Part shown: positions 12,522 to 25,624 of the stretch, piece by piece
How positions within the stretch are numbered: position 1 is the stretch's first letter
How the letters are laid out: each line of letters begins with the position of its first letter
Source: Octopus bimaculoides
Lineage: Eukaryota
Length of the DNA stretch: 64,000 bases
Direction: 5' to 3'
Assembly (NCBI RefSeq): GCF_001194135.2
Contig: NC_068989.1
Location: forward strand, 34,902,292 to 34,966,291
Position numbers and translations under genes: made by a program
The notes under the pieces: model-generated
Database searches by the model: none
What the model was told of the DNA's origin: nothing
Seen by the model: the letters and a program-made list of their open reading frames with translations, nothing else

Positions 12522-13137
12522 AGTTAGAAGTATTGCTATCTGTTGGAGTTTTAGCACTTTAACTGCTATTTCTGAACTTCGGTATGTGATGAAGCAACTG
12601 TTGCAGATCCCTTAATTATGTTTATAAATGTATAAGAACTTTTAGATAATTTCTTCACCGATAATGGTGCTTACATACCTTTACACTTTTATTTGTAATA
12701 ATTATTCACTCCCTGATAGTAAACCGCAGATTTTCTGCGGTATTGCTTGTGACGCACATGGTAATTCTTGAGGAGGGATAAGAACTGGCTGGGCTATGTA
12801 AGTTTGGAGATGCTGTTCATATTGTGCTGATGCACGATGTTGCTGTTCATATTGTGCTGATGCACGATGTTGCTCGGTTGTGCATGCACAATTGCCAGCA
12901 TCGTCAAATTTGCAAACTGGAATATCATACTGATGAGGAAATGAAGTTTTCACTTTTCTGATCCAGAAACGCGTCTATGATTAATTAAGACTGGTTAGTT
13001 TTGTTGTTTTTTCTTCTTGTTTTGCCTTTGTGAGTTACAAGTATTGCTGTCTGTTGGAGATTTAGCACTTTAGCTGCTATTTCTGAACTTCGGTATGTGG
13101 TGAAGCAACTGTTGCTGATCCCTTAATTATGTTTATA
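12522..13137 (+). mobile_element. Partial-tandem (~1.2 unit, 511-bp period) element carrying a hammerhead-like ribozyme; PLE-derived or retrozyme-like
   Basis: 105-bp direct repeats at 12522-12626 and 13033-13137, TA-rich flanks and an internal hammerhead core. Confidence 0.6.
12924..12981 (+). ncRNA. Type I hammerhead ribozyme-like motif (minimal stem III)
   Basis: ATCATA-CTGATGA-GGA...TCC-A-GAAAC-GC-GTC-TATGAT. It has a perfect 6-bp stem I, intact CUGAUGA and GAAA boxes, a palindromic ACGCGT stem III and a GUC cleavage triplet. Stem II is imperfect (extra A before GAAA). Confidence 0.6.
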
Positions 13138-13149
13138 TATATACATATA

Positions 13150-13755
13150 TATCATCATCATCATCATTTAACGTCTGCTTTCCATGCTGGCATGGGTTGA
13201 ACGGTTTGACTGAGGACTGGTACGCCAGAGGCTGTACCAGGCTCAATCTGATCTGGCAAAGTTTCTACAGCTAGATGCCCTTCCTAACACCAACCATTCT
13301 GAGACTGTAGTGGGTGCTTTTATGTGACACTGGCATGAGGGCCAGTCAGGCGGTTCTGGCAACAACTACACTCAAAAGGTGTTTTTTATGTGCTACCTGC
13401 CACAGGAGCCAGTCTGGCAACACTGGCAACGGTCACGCTTGAATGTTGTTTTTCACATGCCACTGGCACATGTGCTGGTAAGGCGACACTAGCAGCGACC
13501 ATGCTCAATTGGTGCTTTTCACACACCACTGGCATAGGAGCCAATCCGTGGCCCTAGCAACGATCATGCTCGGATGTGCTCTTAACGTTCCACTGGCACG
13601 AGTGCCAATCAGGTGGTACTGTCATCAGCCATGTCAGCGATTTTGTTTTTTTTTCACTTGCCTCAATAGGTCTTCGCAAGCAAAGTTCATTGTCCAATGA
13701 ATGAGGAGTACTCATGAGTGGGCCGGTTACACCCCACGTTCGGATATATATACAT

Positions 13756-13809
<54 letters not shown>

Positions 13810-14375
13810 ATATATATATAGATACACACACACATATATATCTTTGTATACATACATACATACGGGCTGAGGTGGTGAGGCAAGACCTTCGAACATTGGG
13901 CCTCACCGAGGCGATGACTACTGACCGAGACCTTTGGAAATGTGCTGTACGTGAGAAGACTGGGCAAGCCAAGTGAGATCGTTGCCAGTGCCCCTGGACT
14001 GGCTCTTGTGCGGGTGGCACATAAGATGTACCATTTTGAGCGTGACCGTTGCCAGTACCGTCTGACTGGCCTTTGTAGGGTTTTCGAGCGAGATCGTTGC
14101 CAGTGCTCCTGGACTGGCTCTTGTGCGGGTGGCACATAAAAGACACCATTTCGAGCGTGGCCGTTGCCAGTACCGCCTGACTGGCCTTCATGCGGGTGAC
14201 ACGAAAAAGCACCCACTACACTCCCTGAGTGGTTGGCGTTAGGAAGGGTATCCAGCTGTAGAAACTCTGCCAAATTAGATTGAAGCCTGGTTGTTGCCAT
14301 CCGGTTTCACCAGTCCTCAGTCAAATCGTCCAATCCATGCTAGCATGGAAAGCGGATGTTAAACGATGATGATGA
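13150..14375. mobile_element. Two 5'-truncated RTE 3' ends in opposite orientation separated by a microsatellite
   Basis: 13150-13700 (-) and 13864-14375 (+) share GGAAGGGCATCCAGCTGTAGAAAC and the (GAT)n tail with the 35410-37530 element. Confidence 0.75.
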
Positions 14376-14379
14376 TATA

Positions 14380-15656
14380 CAGGAGTTGGACAAAATAATG
14401 GAAACACCTTAAAATTTCAAACAAATTTATTTTAATATGAAGCAGGACCACCCCTGGCAGTAATTACAGCTTGAATTCTATAAGGTATGGACTCATACAA
14501 CATTTGAATTGTTTCTAAAGGAATTTTTGTTCATTCTTCAGCTAAAACAGTCTCCAGTTCTTGTAGTGATGATGGCGGAGGGTATCAACTCCTTACTTGT
14601 TTTTCTAAAATGCACCATAAATGTTCAATAATATTGAGATCTGGGGACTGTGGTGGCCAGATAAGATGTTCAACTTCACTAGAATGTTCCTTATTCCATT
14701 CAGTAACAACTTTAGCCGTGTGAATTGGTGCATTATCATCCTGAAAGATTGCGTTTCCCCCCAGAAACAGTTCTGCAACCATAGGATGAATTTGATCAGA
14801 TAAAATGCTTAAATAGTCTTGACTATTAATTCTGCCATGAAGGGAAACCATTGGGCCAGTGGATTTTCAAGATATAGCCCCCCCCCCCGGATCATCACAG
14901 ATCCTCCTCCATGTTTAACAGTTAGAAGAAGGCAGTCTGGGTCAAATTCTTTTGGCTGTCTCCACACGTATACTTGGCTAGTGGTTGGAAATAAGGTAAA
15001 GGATAACTTGTCCAAGAAAATATAACATTCTTTCACTGCTTTAGGGACCAATTCTGTAGGTTTTTACTCCAGTCTAAATGCTTTGCAATGTTTGTTTTTG
15101 AAAATAGTGGTTTTCTGATTGTAGCTCACTCATGAAATCTGGCTTTGTGCAGCTTCTGGTGAACAGTTTTTGTGGAAACTGGGTTCTCGAGGTTGTCATT
15201 AAGCTCTGCAGTAGTTTTGGGAGCTGTACTTTTGTGATCCTTTCTAATAATTCACGTAAGAGTCCAACGGTCCCTATCTGAAAGTTTTGGTTTTCTTCCT
15301 GAGTTTTATTTCAATGAGGAGGTTTTTCCCTCTTTCTCAAACACTGTCATTACTTTTGAGACAGTACTTCTTGGTACACCAAACATTTCAACTGTTTTCA
15401 TTATGCTACCGCCTGGCATACGAGCACCAACAATTTGACCTCTTTGAAAGTTCGATAGATTTGTCATTTTAATGAATTTTAATTTCCTTTTTCTGATGAT
15501 ATCTGAAAAGAAACAGCAATTTAGCAAAACATATTAATCAACACTAATAATGAATAAAAAAAACATAAAAATAAACAGGCTTTTGATGGTTTTATAGATA
15601 TTTCAAAATTGTGATGCTATGATGCTAGGTGTTTCCATTATTTTGTCCAGCCCCTA
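14380..15656 (-). mobile_element. Tc1-like DNA transposon, full-length but inactivated (1277 bp)
   Basis: TIRs (CAGGAG/TAGGGG)xTGGACAAAATAATGGAAACACC with TA TSDs. Frameshifted transposase: LSNFQRGQIVGARM (HTH), VKHGGGSVM, FQDDNAPIHTAK, WPPQSPDLNIIEHLW. Confidence 0.93.
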
Positions 15657-16184
15657 TATATTTAAGGATAAAGAATTAAGGTTAAGAAAATATGTGTTAA
15701 ACACAGTATTGAAACCTTATTTCAGAAAATGTTATTTTTGCAGAGCACATTCACCACTCATGGCTACCAGGCATCATCAGTGATACTTAGCAAACATCAT
15801 TGTAATAATTCCAGGAATTCTGGGATGGACATTGGGTGTATTTCAAAGATAAAAAGAGAAGATGGAATGTACCAACAAAAAAATTTATACTACCACAACA
15901 ATTGTTTCATCTTCAAGATGCACTGCTCCCTTGTGGGCATGGAACGATGCAATAACCTCAGATGCAATGCATAGTGCATATAAGACTCCTCGGGTGCGAC
16001 AATAAGGTTCTAAGCTGGGAGATTTACATTTGAGCTTCACTGTATTGAGATATCTTAACAGACAGATGCACAGACAAACAGACATGCACATTCTGACGTT
16101 TAAATCAATGCAAAGACACTCAGATACACACATTAATAATTATACTCATGAGTACATGCCAGCGTACACCACATGTATGTATGC

Positions 16185-16615
16185 CAGTCAATCACACATG
16201 CACACAGCTATACACACATACAGAAACACACCTACACATACGGATACATCCCTCAGGGCACAGGTTCACCCACCCAGACACATACAGAGATCACATCAAC
16301 ACTGCCACCATGGAGCACACACACACGTGCACGCACACAGGTACACCTACAGACACATTCAGATAAGCACACTCACACCCTCACACAATGCTCAAAGGCC
16401 ACCTACACACACACACACATACACACACCCCATCACACCCACACCACAGGACATACAAATCCAGATGTCTGCAGGCAAGTTCACTTAAACACTCACACAC
16501 TCACATTCATATGCAGATGTACACATCAGTACACACAAGAAACTTCCACTCAGCACATATATACTCACATAAGCATATAGAAACATGTCAACTCTGCACA
16601 TACATGTGCACACAG

Positions 16616-16668
<53 letters not shown>

Positions 16669-18083
16669 GACTTCTCAGACATACATTGCAGATACAGAAC
16701 AATAAACAGCACATGGGCAAAAGCAATGTATGGAATGATAGTTTTGGCACATAGCAATGTATGGAATGATAGCATAGTGTTCACTGTTCAATGTGGATTA
16801 TGGCAGTTTGGTGCTGTGTTTACAGGGTGGCAATATTTGAAGGTGGCTGTTATGGCATATAAACAACATGTAATGCATTCAGTTAATTTATTAATGACCT
16901 TTTCCCAAGTAAGCAAGATTGATAGGGATTCTTCAGCGCACAATCCACAGGTCCTAGAATGTGTGTTGTAGGGTTTTGCATATTTTATAATTGACCACGA
17001 AATCTCATATCTAATCCTGTCAGTTTTCAGTTGCCACAGAAAATCTGCCAATGATATCATATGTCTCTTGTTCATTCTTTTAAAACTAGAAACATGATTT
17101 CTATATTGATTCTTGAAAGAATCAGCTGTGACACAAATGTACATATAAGGGTCTCCCCTCATGAGCACAGTACATTTATAGACGATGTTACGAATCATGC
17201 AAAGGTTATCCAATGAGCAATTAAATCTATTCCTGAAGGAGCACCTATTTGTGGCCATTTTTGGTGACTGGGGGATGTGTAGTGGTTGTCCTATCATTCC
17301 AGTTATAAGTGGTTGTGGATTCATCATGCTGTTGGTGTGCAGGTTCTGTAGGTTAATTGTTACAGGTATATTATTAACTCTGGATGTTTCAGGGCTATCA
17401 TTTTCTGTAGTTAACTGTTGTTGGTTGTCAATCATGCAAGTATTGAATGTAAATTCATTATTTGAGCTTTCAGTGATGATGTTTTTCAAGGCCTTTTAAG
17501 TTTAACATTATTTATTCTGTGCATATGTTGCCACAAGTTAGAAGAGGTTGCATATGACATTTTTACATTATGTCTGTTAAATATTGAGTGATATTTATGA
17601 GATTTCGGGAAGCATCTATCAAAGGCTGCCAAAAATCGTCTGGCGATTTTAGAAGTTACATTTGAGGCATAGATCGGGTTGTGCCAAAGAACAGTGTGGT
17701 TTCTTTTTTGGTGTTAGGTTTATTTATTGTTAGTGTTTCGTGTTTGTTTAGTGGAATAAATTGTGTCGGGTGTTTCTATATGCCTGTATGTTTAAATAAG
17801 TACTGAGTGGAAGTCTCTGGTGTATACTGATGTGTATATGTGTATATCTGTGTATGAATGTGTGTGTGCATAATTGTGCGAGTGTTTGAGTGTACTTGCC
17901 TGCAGCCATGTGAGACTGTGGGGGTTAATGTACATTTGGATTTGTATGTCCTGTGGCGTGGGTGTAATGGGGTGCTTGTGTGTGTGATAGGGTGCTTGTG
18001 TGTGTGATGGGGTGCACATGTGTGTGTGTGGGTCTGTGAGCATTGCATGAGGGTGTGAGTTTGCCTCTGTGTGTGTGTGTGTG

Positions 18084-18118
<35 letters not shown>

Positions 18119-18247
18119 CTCTATGGTGGCAGTGTTGATGTGATCTCTGTATGTGTCTGGGTAGGTGAATCTTTGTGCTCTGAGGGATGTGTCCGTGTGT
18201 AGGTGTGTTTCTGTATGTATGTATAGCTGTGTGTGTGATTGATTGAC
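16185..18247. repeat. CA-rich ~0.4-0.5 kb inverted repeats (16185-16585 / 17771-18247) bracketing the PLE fragment
   Basis: Non-microsatellite blocks are shared in inverse orientation, e.g. CACATACAGAGATCACATCAACACTGCCACCA and CCACAGGACATACAAATCCA. Confidence 0.8.
16788..17770 (-). mobile_element. Penelope-like element, 3' part (linker plus GIY-YIG endonuclease)
   Basis: KRNHTVLWHNPIY..RRFLAAFDRCFPKSHKYHSIFNRHNVKMSY, then CMIRNIVYKC..YICVTADSFKNQYRNHVSSF..LADFLWQLK..WSIIKYAKPY..CGLCAEE, which are hallmark PLE motifs. Confidence 0.88.
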
Positions 18248-18999
18248 AAACTGAGTGTCTGTGTGTGCATGAATGCGACATAATAAATAATAACACAATA
18301 TATATGACAGGCTGTTGTGTGAACAAGAGTGTGTGTGTTATACAAATATGTGTATGTGTGTGAATGAGAAATACAGAGCATGGAAAAGAGTTTGTAATAT
18401 GGACGATCAGCGTCCTGAACACAAAGATAAGAAAATACCAGTTCATAGTTGGGGTACACAGTAGATTGAAAGTCTGTATATAAGAGGCTGTGGCTTCAAG
18501 GCAGAGCTAAGTCACGTGACGTGAAGATGAGGCTTCCATGCCGAGCTGGTTACTTGAATACAGGAGATTCTCACAGGTTGATCTGGCTGTTATTTCGTGG
18601 TGGAAACAGTTCACACAAACAGTGTTAAGAGAAGCTGTGGTTGCTGTTGGCGGTGTGTACGATGTCGACGAAGAAGCTGTAGTAAACAGTTGAACGGTGG
18701 TGTTGACGTTGTTGCTGGAAACTGGTTGGTTGGCTGGTTCTGTGTGTGGTCAACGACCAGACCTCAGAGAGGTCTGAAGCCGAAGACAAACCGGCAATGA
18801 TAAAGCAGACTATTTATAGGGAAAAAGGGGCTCCAGAAACATCAGACAAACACTCTCTCACGTGACCTTATTAGAAGGCCATGATTGGTTGGTGTGCACC
18901 CTGGCACGAAACAGAACTGGAGACAAATGCCACGCAAATAAGAGCCAATCAGGGTGATAGACACAGCAGAGCCGAAGGCTAGATGTTACCTGCTACATT

Positions 19000-19850
19000 C
19001 GCATTTGAGAATATATAACCAAGAGAGTAGGTTTCACTACATCATCATCAGTGATTCCCTAAAACACAATTTACAAATGCCAAAGTTTGTGTTGTATGGG
19101 AGAACCTTACATACAATGGACCAGGATAGGGTATAGGGAACATTTTGGGATCTGAGGTTGTGTATATAAGTTGCTAATGAGATAGATGATTTAGGATTTG
19201 GTTGGAGAAAGAGTTCTTGAAATCAACAGTGCCACTGATATAGACCCTTGCTCGGTGTGAGCATAGTGTTGTAACTCAGCACTTGTAGACTACATTCTTG
19301 AACAGAGAGAAACCTCTAAGAGGGCAGAGATAAGACACCTGACAATTGCAAGTTTTCCTACCTGATCTGTGGCTGGAGTTTACCACTGGAGAGGTCAGTT
19401 TTCTATGGTCTGTTGTCAGTAGAGAAGAACTAGAGATATAATTGTTATCGGTGTTTGAGTGGGAATTTTCCACTGGTATATGTGGTCATATGGGTAGTAT
19501 TGTGGGGAGATGCCTTGAGGTTGGTATTATTGAGTTGAGTTGGGTCACTAAGGGTTGTATTATTGCCATTAGGTGGGGTGCAGTGGGATAGATTGTAGGT
19601 TCTAAAGACTAGTGTTGTAGTTTGCATCTGTTAGAGGAGGCAATTATGGATCCTAAATTAGGTGTGGTGGAATAGGAGATTTTAATAGATGATTTATTGA
19701 AGATAGGGTAGTATTTATGCTGCGGTGGGAAGTTAGAGTTTAGGATTTTAAAGAAAAGTTTGGGTAGAGATTTACCTTGGAGGGAGAAAGGTGGTACAAA
19801 ATGTAGGATCTCACGCTTCCTGTACTTAGGAGGTTTCTACATACCTTAGT
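19000..19850 (-). mobile_element. Second, older Penelope-like remnant
   Basis: Broken frames give RKREILHFVPPFS, IFNKSSIKISYSTTPNLGSII and RKTCNCQVSYLCPLRG..KNVVYKC. Confidence 0.7.
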
Positions 19851-20976
19851 AATTTCCTTCTATTACCAAATTAGACACTTTCCCTCCTTCAAATAATTGC
19901 TATCCCGTTTTTCACTATCTCAACTTCTAATAATTCTATAGCTATCATCCCTAAACTTTGAAACCTATACACAGATCCAACAACAACTAACCACCCTTCA
20001 ATTACTATCTATCCCCCCCACTCATCTCCCAATTCTCCACCTCTCTTAATACCCTCATTATTAACCCCTGCCCTCTTCTTGCTCCCTTATCTCCTCTCAC
20101 CATTCTCAGTCTTAACACCCCTCATAACCCCATTGGCCCTCCTACGTTCTGCCTCTCATATGGCTTGCTCTCCCTATTTAATCATTCCACCTTTGAACTT
20201 CTCTGCATTATGATCTAAAATGTAAGAGCTTTTCTACCCTGATGACAGAGGCTTGATTTATTCAATGTTGATTGCTTTCATTACTGATGAACTAAATCTA
20301 CCAACATAATGATGGATCTGTGAGCCCCTAGAAACAGCTGTTGGACTTATAACACCTTTCTTCCTCCCCTTTAATTTTCTCTGTCGTTTGTACTCTGTAT
20401 ATCCATTAAGATAAATATCTATATATGTATACATAAGTATTCATTGTCTGAAAGTCTCCACTTTTTGCTTTCTCTTGTTTTGAATGTATGCATATATACA
20501 TATTTTGTATTTCATACCAAACCTGTTATAGTTAATATATCTAATTTGTTTATCCACATAATTGCCTCCATATCTACTCAGCTAGATCCATCTTATAGCC
20601 AATCTTTACCCTGTGGAACTGATCCACTGCAAAGACATCGGAATCTAAGTTTGAATCATTTAAGCACTACTTAGTATCTTCTATACTGAGAATCTTTGGA
20701 TCTGTCAACTGTATGTGTGTGTGTGTGTGTGTGTGTGCGTGTCTGTGTATTGGCTCTTGTGCGGGTGGCACATAAGATGTACCATCTTGAGCGTGACCGT
20801 TGCCAGTACCGCCTGACTGGCCTTTGTAGGGTTTTCGAGCGAGATCGTTGCCAGTGCCCCTGGACTGGCTCTTGTGCGGGTGGCACATAAAAGACACCAT
20901 TTCGAGCATGGCCGTTTTTGTGCGGGTGACACGTAAAAGCACCCACTACACTCTCTGAGTGGTTGGCGTTAGGAAG

Positions 20977-21219
20977 NNNNNNNNNNNNNNNNNNNNNNNN
21001 NNNNNNNNNNNNNNNNNNNNNNNNNNNNNNNNNNNNNNNNNNNNNNNNNNNNNNNNNNNNNNNNNNNNNNNNNNNNNNNNNNNNNNNNNNNNNNNNNNNN
21101 NNNNNNNNNNNNNNNNNNNNNNNNNNNNNNNNNNNNNNNNNNNNNNNNNNNNNNNNNNNNNNNNNNNNNNNNNNNNNNNNNNNNNNNNNNNNNNNNNNNN
21201 NNNNNNNNNNNNNNNNNNN
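20977..21219. other. Assembly gap (243 N)
   Basis: Run of N. Confidence 1.
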
Positions 21220-22199
21220 TAGATAGATAACAACTGGTGTTGATTTGTTTACATCCCTGTAACTTAGTAGTTTGGCAAAAGAGATCAGTAAATACTAGGT
21301 CTGATTTGTTTGACTAACTCCTTCAAAGCAATGCCCCAGCATGGCTGCAGTTGAATGAATGAAAAAAGTAGAAGATAAAAGATATTAAAACCTTTTATAT
21401 CTCTAACATCAGAAAAGAAACCTCAAAATTGAAATGTTGAGTAACAGCTGGTTACTTCTTTTTTCCTTTCTACTCTTCAAAAATGATTTGTAATAGAGTG
21501 GATGTTTGCAAAAGGAGATTGATTCTGTGGTATGAAACGTCAGCAATACATGTACACATGCATGCATGCCCATATGCACACAAACACATACACAAAGGTC
21601 TATTGACAAAAGAGAAAGCAAAGAAAATATACTTACGTAAACAAAGATAAGAAAAGCAAACAAATTTATAGATTTTTTCCTGTTTATTCAGCTGAACATT
21701 AAAATGAAAAAAGTGAGTTTCTTAAATGATATTCTCTAAACATGAAACACAGGAAATAACAAAGGAAGGTGATGGGGGATTTGATAAGTTGGCAGCCTAC
21801 TAGCTAGAATTTTGATAGACTTGTGCTCTATAGGTGCCAGTGCCACATAAAATGCACTTGTGCTAGTGCTGCATAAACACACAATGCTAGTGATATGGAA
21901 AAAGCACCCAACACACTCTGTAAAGTGGTTGGCATTAGGAAGGGCATCCAGCTGTGGAGACCATGTCAAAATAGACAATTGGAGCCTGGACAGCTCTACG
22001 GCTGGCCAGCTCCATGTCAGATCTTCCAACCCACGTCAGAATGGAAAACGGACATTAAATGATGATGATTAATCACCATAATAGTGATGTATTTGATTAA
22101 CAATTTATAGTTGAAATCACACATGTAAATAGTTACAAGAAATAGTTGTGGCACTAGCTTGTGGCACTGCTTGGTGTAACCTCATCCACTACCTGACCC

Positions 22200-23250
22200 T
22201 TGGCTATCTTCAGTGAAGTCTACTCAACTGGATCAAAACTATGGTCTCAGGATGATGTGTACCTTTTTACCTGCCAGAAATGGGGACCATGAAAAAATCA
22301 TAAGGCTGCCTTTTCTACTCTGATTAAGTCAGAAAAAGCTACAGGAAATCACTCTGTCATCTCTACATGGTTCCTGTTTGCTCAAACTTTCCTGCAATTC
22401 CATACAATGATTTGATCCAGTCACAAGAGGCATTTTTCTATGACACTTGCATAAGTATGTAAACATTTCTACTTGGCGTTGTTTACCATCCACTAAACAG
22501 CCATCAAGACACAGCTTTTTGACATCCTAAGGCCTGCATCTGGGTAAACAATCACTTATGTTTTCAGTTCTGACAATTTCACTTATCCAGAAATTGATTG
22601 CAAAACCTTTCATCTAGGTATTGTATAGGATGAACCAAATTTCTAAAACATGAAAAAGGCTGAAGGAGTCTTAGCATCAGTCAATAAGACCTTTGTCAGC
22701 AGCTCACTAGTTATCTATTTAATGCTACATATGGCTATAGTGTGTCTGAACTTACACTTTGCATCTCCAGTCTTGAACCTCATCTTGTTCAGAGACATGC
22801 AACCAGAAGAATACCTTGTTAGTTCCTTACCATATCTTGCTTCTCTGGTCAATGATACACTAAAGCTTCAACATCTAGTGGTTGACTTGGTAGAAGTCCA
22901 AGAGATTATACACAATCTTTTCAATAATTTTGGCCACCTTTTTAAATTCAATACCTCTACCATTGTGGATATGCTTATAAATAAATTTAAAAAAAGAATA
23001 AAAAAACACTGCCTCACCTATCACTTTCAGAAATTTTTGGCATTCAGAATTATTGAAGCATGGAATAAACTACCTATGTCAGTTGTTGGTTGTTAGGACA
23101 CTTAACATACAAAATTCTATGCTTCCTGAAATTCACCAACACCACTCCTGCTGTATGTATGCACCCATTCTTTTTTATGGCCCTTTTACTGTTCACATTC
23201 TGTCTTTTTTTTAATTTTATCATGTGTACTATGCATGTAGTTTTAACTAT
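22200..23250 (+). mobile_element. CR1/L2-like LINE 3' remnant
   Basis: LHFASPVLN, YLASLVNDTLKLQHLVVDL and AFRIIEAWNKLPMSVV resemble the CR1 RT C-terminus. Confidence 0.7.
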
Positions 23251-25081
23251 CATTACTGTCTTGACTTATTGGCTGCATTCTGCCATCTCTTTTATCCTTT
23301 TCTGATGAATTGTAGTGCCCTTGAACTCTGTATACAATAAGTTCATAATTATTATTATTATTGACACAAGTAGTGAAAGTAGTACAGATATTATTTTGTG
23401 TAGTAACTAACATATGTACTGTGTCTTCTCTCTTTGCTTTTTCCACTGCAACTACAATGGCCTCTCCTCAGAGCTGACTGGTTTCATGTTACATTCTCTT
23501 AGGAACTTACTTGTTTCTCTCTCTCCTCCTATTGTACCTCTTGTTGTGTCAATTAGCCACTGCCACTAATGACATCCACTCCTTCCTACCCCAGAATGTC
23601 ACCCTTCTGGAATTTTATCTTTGCACTTTTTTCTTGTAGCTGTCATCTTGAATTTGCTCAAGAGAAATAATTATATTGATCATAAGAGTCTTAAAGTTGG
23701 GAAGACCATGGGCACCACCCTTTCCTCCAGATTAATCCAATGAGAAAAAAATACATAACTGATAGTAAAGAACAGAAAGTATCTTCCTTTCATCATTAAG
23801 AAATCATCAATTAATCATATTTGGATGACAATTTAATGATTTATCCATTGTCAGAAATGACAGCTGTTTACAGATTTTAGCTGGGTCGATAGCAACCAAA
23901 TATTTTTATTCTCTTTGTTACCATTTGTGCTCCTACACAAAGTTCTTATCACTACATAATAAATAAAACAAGTATAGGAAAGAGTAATGAAAGATAATAG
24001 CATGTAAAATAAGAAATATACATATTTCTCAAAATTGTTCTATATATATATATTTATATACATACATGTTGTGTAGTAGATGTATGTATGTGTGTGTGTG
24101 TGTGTGTGCGATGTAGGTCAAAGGAAACAATACTAAATATTTATGGCTATGACACAAAGGGCCATGGAAAGAACTTGTTAGGAATGTCATTAAGAGAGCA
24201 CATTTGAAGTGAGATAATTTGAGAACAGAGCAGAGTGAACAATGTGATTGCAGAGTGCTGAAAGCACAAGTTCTACTGGGCTGGACATGTTGCATGGTTC
24301 ACAGACAACAGGTGGACCTGTGCAGTTGCTGAGTGGTATCTAAGAGATTGGAAAAGATCGCTTGGAAGACATCCACAGCAATGGAAGACAATCTTCAGAT
24401 ATCGTATATAAAGAACTACAATATCCAGTGTGTCCTGACATTTAAAGATGGTAGAGTGCAATATAAAGAAAATTTAGCAACTATTTCTAGCAGTTTGGGC
24501 AACTATGTAGAGGCCCTGCATTATTGCATGAATCATCATCATAATCATCGTTTAACTTCTGTCTTCCATGCTGGTATGGGCCGCATGGTTTGACAGAATC
24601 CGATGCAGTGGAGAACTGCATTGAGCTCCAATATCTGCTTTGGCATAGTTTCTATGGTTGGATGCCCTTATTAACACCAACCACTTTACAGAATGTACGG
24701 AATGCATTTTTGATGGCACTGGGATTAATGAGGTCATTGAATAACTTGCAAGGTAAAAGAAAAAAAAACAACCTTCGCTGAGTAGGGGTGTAGCAGAGGG
24801 AGAGGTAACTTTATGCTATGTGTTAAGAGCCTAAAGTAAGACAGAAGAACAGGGACAAGTGGCTTACTGTAGAGGAGATAGATATAACTAAAAAAAAGAA
24901 TACAAAATTTAAAAAAATAAATTTATTAAATTCGTATTTCATAACTTTATAACTTTTTGAGACTGTGTAGATAGAAAAGACAACCATAATAGGTATTTTG
25001 AAAATAGATTTGAACAATTATTAGAAATTTATTCCAAGAATTTCAAAGAATAATTATACATAAGATGTGTGCATGTCTGGT

Positions 25082-25112
<31 letters not shown>

Positions 25113-25546
25113 ATACACATACACACATATATATGCATACATACATATACATATATATATGTATACATACATACGTATACATACATGCATACATACATGT
25201 ATACTTTCATACACACACACACACACATACATATATGCATAAACACACAGACACACTAAATGTGACATAGTTTGTACATGTATATCGTTCAGGAATTTAT
25301 AATTAATCAGCAATCATAGTAAACAGTTTATCAGTTTACAATTATAGCTGAGGATTTCAGTTTTCATTGATAGCTTTTTTTGATTTGTAATAAATATATC
25401 ATCATATATAAACCAAGCACAAAAATTTCAGATTATTAAGTAATTAGCTTAATAAGATTTAGGAAATTCTAGACTTCTTTCAACACAACAATAAACTCAG
25501 TTGCAGAAATACTTCTAGGAATTCAAACTTCAAATTTTCTTGTTGT

Positions 25547-25624
25547 TTATTCTCCTATGTATTTTGGTGGCCGTTTTTCTCGGAATGCTTTCAAACCTTC
25601 TAGTCTGTCTTTTGTTGGAATTAC
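25547..25624 (-). CDS. AUH: AUH exon 9 (terminal)
   Basis: [25 protein letters not shown]-stop (TAA). Confidence 0.94.
   Translation of the reverse strand, partial: VIPTKDRLEGLKAFREKRPPKYIGE

Noticed and set aside
15729-15974. 81-aa ORF after an AG acceptor-like site
   Set aside because: No recognisable homology or partner exons.
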